Below, piece after piece: positions 46,383 to 48,953 of a stretch of DNA of 48,953 nucleotides. Position 1 is the first letter of the stretch; every line of letters begins with the position of its first letter. Location: positions 1 to 48,953 of the IMG/VR virus record IMGVR_UViG_3300012665_001700. One strand, written 5' to 3'. The notes under the pieces were generated by a model, which worked only from the letters and a program-made list of their open reading frames with translations, was not told the DNA's origin and ran no database searches. The stretch is from a virus (lineage: Duplodnaviria; Caudoviricetes). The position numbers and the translations under genes were made by a program.

Positions 46383-47393
46383 ATGAACAAATTAGAAAGA
46401 AAACTTTATAATATAATTCAAGAAGAAGAGGTCGTCAAAAATAAAAAGACCGGAAATGTTTATGTGGTTCAAAATTTTGATCCGGGTAAACATGACAAAC
46501 CTTCACCTGCCGAAGTAGAAAAAGCAAAACAAGATAATGGTGGTCAACTTCCAAAAAGTGAACCACAAAATAAAAATCCAAAAGCTGGAGCACAAAAGCC
46601 AAATGAAAAACCAGTAGGGCAGAAGATTGGTGGTTCTGATTTGAAATCCAAAGCAGAAAAACCATCTTCTTCTACTACTATGTTAAAGGATTTAATGCCA
46701 GGAATTGATATGTCTAAAAAGACATTGGATCAACTAGGACCTACCGAAAGATCACAAATATCTACAATCGTAGATAAGCTTGCAGATATGGGTAAGCAAG
46801 CAAAAGAAAAAGGAGAAAAAGCTCCTAATTTCAATTTATGTAAAGTATCCGTTCCAGGAACAAACTTATATTGTGATGGTAATAAGGGTATAGAAAGAGC
46901 TGACATGCCACAATTCAAAGGAACTCCTGTTCCAGGATCACCTGCCGATAAACTACCAAAGGATGAAAGTGGTGAAGCTGATACCGAAGAATTTTTCAAA
47001 CAAATGTTAAATAAGCAAGGTATTAAAGTATCAGAACCACGAGATGTACCTGCAGACCGTCTGAAAGCAACACAGAGTGAATTGGTTGGTGTTAAAGTAG
47101 CTGGTATGAGTAAAGTGTTAGATAACCCAGATCACCCTGCATACGGCAAAATAACTGCTCCTATATACGTTTCGAATGATGGATATGTATTGGATGGGCA
47201 TCACAGATGGGCAGCAGTTGTTGCACACAACGCAGCAAATCCTAAGAAACAAATTCCAATGAATATTAGAGTTATTGATGAACCAATTGTACCATTAGTA
47301 AAACGTTCAAATGATTTTGCAGAAAAAATGGGTATTAGAGCTAAAAAAGCAGATACAGGCGCCGGTGGTGGTCCTTCACCTATTGTAAAATAA
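46383..47393 (+). CDS. ParB/sulfiredoxin-like domain protein
   Basis: LKATQSEL...PIYVSNDGYVLDGHHRWAA; low-complexity N-terminal region. Confidence 0.78.
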   Translation: MNKLERKLYNIIQEEEVVKNKKTGNVYVVQNFDPGKHDKPSPAEVEKAKQDNGGQLPKSEPQNKNPKAGAQKPNEKPVGQKIGGSDLKSKAEKPSSSTTMLKDLMPGIDMSKKTLDQLGPTERSQISTIVDKLADMGKQAKEKGEKAPNFNLCKVSVPGTNLYCDGNKGIERADMPQFKGTPVPGSPADKLPKDESGEADTEEFFKQMLNKQGIKVSEPRDVPADRLKATQSELVGVKVAGMSKVLDNPDHPAYGKITAPIYVSNDGYVLDGHHRWAAVVAHNAANPKKQIPMNIRVIDEPIVPLVKRSNDFAEKMGIRAKKADTGAGGGPSPIVK

Positions 47394-47442
47394 CTTTTTG
47401 ATAATAACGTTATATTTATATGAAAGTTAAATATAAATAATT

Positions 47443-48294
47443 ATGTTATTAAAGAGAGGCGATAATAACGAAAACGTTAAGTTATTACAGATAAAATTAG
47501 GATTAGAACCTATTGGTAACTTTGGACCTAAAACCGAAGATGCAGTTAAAGCATATCAATTAAAAAATGGATTATCTCCAGATGGTGTTGTAGGTGATAC
47601 AACATGGAATAAAATTATGGAAGTTAGTGTTCCAAAACCTGTTGCTGAAAAAAAAACAAATCAACCAAATCAAACTCCCCGATCAACTTTATCATTTGAT
47701 ATAAGTAAATTAAAAGGACATGTTCCCGATGTGGTAATTGCACAAATACCAGATACTGCCAAAAAATTCAATATAAATACTCCGTTAAGATTGGCACATT
47801 TTCTTGCCCAATGTGGGCATGAGAGTGCAGGTTTTACTGCAACAACTGAAAACCTAAATTATTCTGCATTAGGATTGAAAGGTACATTTAAAAAATACTT
47901 TCCAACCGATGCACTTGCTAATGCATATGCAAGACAGCCTGAAAAAATAGCAAATAGAGTTTATGCAAGTAGAATGGGAAATGGTGATGAAAAAAGTGGT
48001 GATGGTTACAAATATCGTGGTCGGGGATATATTCAATTGACCGGAAAACAAAATTATAGTACATTCTCTCAATCAATAGCTGATCCGGAAGTAATTACAA
48101 ATCCAACAAAAGTAGCAACAAATTATCAACTACTTTCAGCTGCTTGGTTTTTTCAAAGATGCTTAAGCAAATGCGATATAGGACCTAGTCGAGAAGTTGT
48201 TACTGCAGTTACTAAATTAGTAAATGGTGGAACAATTGGACTAGAAGATAGAATAAAGCATTTTAATGAATATTATAAACTATTGACAGCTTAA
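47443..48294 (+). CDS. endolysin: peptidoglycan-binding domain plus glycoside hydrolase family 19
   Basis: LLKRGD..VKLLQ...FGPKT..AVKAYQ..DGVVG; HFLAQCGHES, ENLNYS, DGYKYRGRGYIQLTG, VNGG. Confidence 0.93.
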   Translation: MLLKRGDNNENVKLLQIKLGLEPIGNFGPKTEDAVKAYQLKNGLSPDGVVGDTTWNKIMEVSVPKPVAEKKTNQPNQTPRSTLSFDISKLKGHVPDVVIAQIPDTAKKFNINTPLRLAHFLAQCGHESAGFTATTENLNYSALGLKGTFKKYFPTDALANAYARQPEKIANRVYASRMGNGDEKSGDGYKYRGRGYIQLTGKQNYSTFSQSIADPEVITNPTKVATNYQLLSAAWFFQRCLSKCDIGPSREVVTAVTKLVNGGTIGLEDRIKHFNEYYKLLTA

Positions 48295-48569
48295 TGGCCA
48301 ATACCAACATAAATGGATTTGCAGATACGTTTCTTTCAAAGTTGAAAGAGCAATCGTTTACTATAATAATCCTAGTTGGAATAATGTGGTATCAGAATAA
48401 TATGTTCACCAATCAAATGGCTGAATATAAGAAAATAATTGATGAGAAAGAAAAATTAGTATTGAAGTTAACCGATGATGAAAGAAATCGACTAATTGAA
48501 AGAGAAAAATATCTAATGGACCAACGAGATGAGTTTCTCGATGATTTAAGAGCTAGAGCAAATAAATAA
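48294..48569 (+). CDS. single-TM coiled-coil protein (possible holin or spanin-like lysis accessory)
   Basis: FTIIILVGIMWY TM segment; TAATG-coupled to the endolysin. Confidence 0.6.
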   Translation: MANTNINGFADTFLSKLKEQSFTIIILVGIMWYQNNMFTNQMAEYKKIIDEKEKLVLKLTDDERNRLIEREKYLMDQRDEFLDDLRARANK

Positions 48570-48571
48570 AA

Positions 48572-48603
48572 TTTGTAAATTAAATAAATTTTTCTTATAT
48601 TTG
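48572..48603 (+). promoter_or_regulatory. Bacteroidota sigma-A-type promoter
   Basis: TTTG at 48572-48575, 20-nt spacer, TATATTTG at 48596-48603 (exact consensus). Confidence 0.72.
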
Positions 48604-48629
48604 GTAATATAAAAATATTTATCAAATTT

Positions 48630-48818
48630 ATGGAAAGATTTAAAGTAGTTATAAACATTTTGGTAGTTACATCCGTCATCGGATTGGCCATATCATACGC
48701 AACACAATTATTGACAGCAGTGCCCGATCTGAATTTTTTAGAAGCAGTGGGAATATATGCAATTTGGACACCGATACATCATAGTTTAAATTCTTTAAAT
48801 AAAAGTAACAATGAATAA
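48630..48818 (+). CDS. small membrane protein
   Basis: 62 aa with two hydrophobic segments. Confidence 0.6.
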   Translation: MERFKVVINILVVTSVIGLAISYATQLLTAVPDLNFLEAVGIYAIWTPIHHSLNSLNKSNNE

Positions 48819-48953
48819 ATTAGATACTGATTATCAACTTTTGCTAAATGATATTTTAGGAAATGGTATAGATAAAAAAGATAGAACAGGTACAGGAACA
48901 TTAAGTGTTTTTGGTAGACAGATTAGACACAACATGCAGGAAGGATTTCCATT
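48811..48953 (+). CDS. thyA: thymidylate synthase ThyA, 3'-truncated by the window edge (not in the ORF track)
   Basis: [47 protein letters not shown] is the canonical ThyA N-terminus. Confidence 0.9.
   Translation, partial: MNKLDTDYQLLLNDILGNGIDKKDRTGTGTLSVFGRQIRHNMQEGFP

Noticed and set aside
507-48691. Minus-strand ORFs and nested out-of-frame plus-strand ORFs in the supplied track
   Set aside because: They are short, lie almost wholly within well-supported + strand genes and have no recognisable motifs, so they are treated as shadow ORFs.
1-48953. Stop-codon reassignment (code 15 or code 4)
   Set aside because: Long conserved genes are intact in code 11, and TAG and TGA both end genes cleanly at junctions (for example TAG at 20420 and 22692, TGA at 27933 and 33258).
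1-48953. tRNA, rRNA, CRISPR arrays and IS elements
   Set aside because: Intergenic gaps are short and AT-rich; no cloverleaf, spaced direct repeats or transposase motifs were seen by eye.

Overview
This window is part of a large, AT-rich dsDNA tailed phage with a T4-like replisome, and the host is very probably in the Bacteroidota. All credible genes are on the + strand, are densely packed and use genetic code 11. The order is: (i) a 5'-truncated HNH-domain protein and small hypotheticals; (ii) a replication and nucleotide module (gp32-like SSB, RecA/UvsX, 5'-3' exonuclease, GroES, DnaB-like helicase, class II RNR, PhoH, thioredoxin, family B DNA polymerase, sliding clamp, dUTPase, clamp loader, Cas4/AddB-like nuclease) with three Mom-like GNAT genes and a DUF4338/DruA-like gene embedded in it; (iii) a glycan biosynthesis island of about 17.7 kb (about 10 glycosyltransferase-like genes, a HAD-nucleotidyltransferase fusion, a GDPD-like enzyme, two methyltransferases, a compact DegT aminotransferase, and a GT2-radical SAM / Gfo-Idh-MocA / ATP-grasp cassette); (iv) hypotheticals and host-derived genes (Hc1-like, an intact 1094-aa TonB-dependent receptor, DUF4494), a ParB-like protein, a GH19 endolysin and the start of thyA. 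Ten intergenic copies of the Bacteroidota sigma-A promoter TTTG-N19/20-TAnnTT(T/A)(G/A) and the A-rich leaders, most without a Shine-Dalgarno sequence, support the host call. The best candidates for undescribed systems are the replisome-linked Mom x3 + DUF4338 DNA-modification module, the GT2-radical SAM tailoring cassette, the phage-encoded TonB-dependent receptor, and a 7-nt-periodic TTAAA leader upstream of the SSB. All calls come from recognising motifs by eye; no database searches were run.
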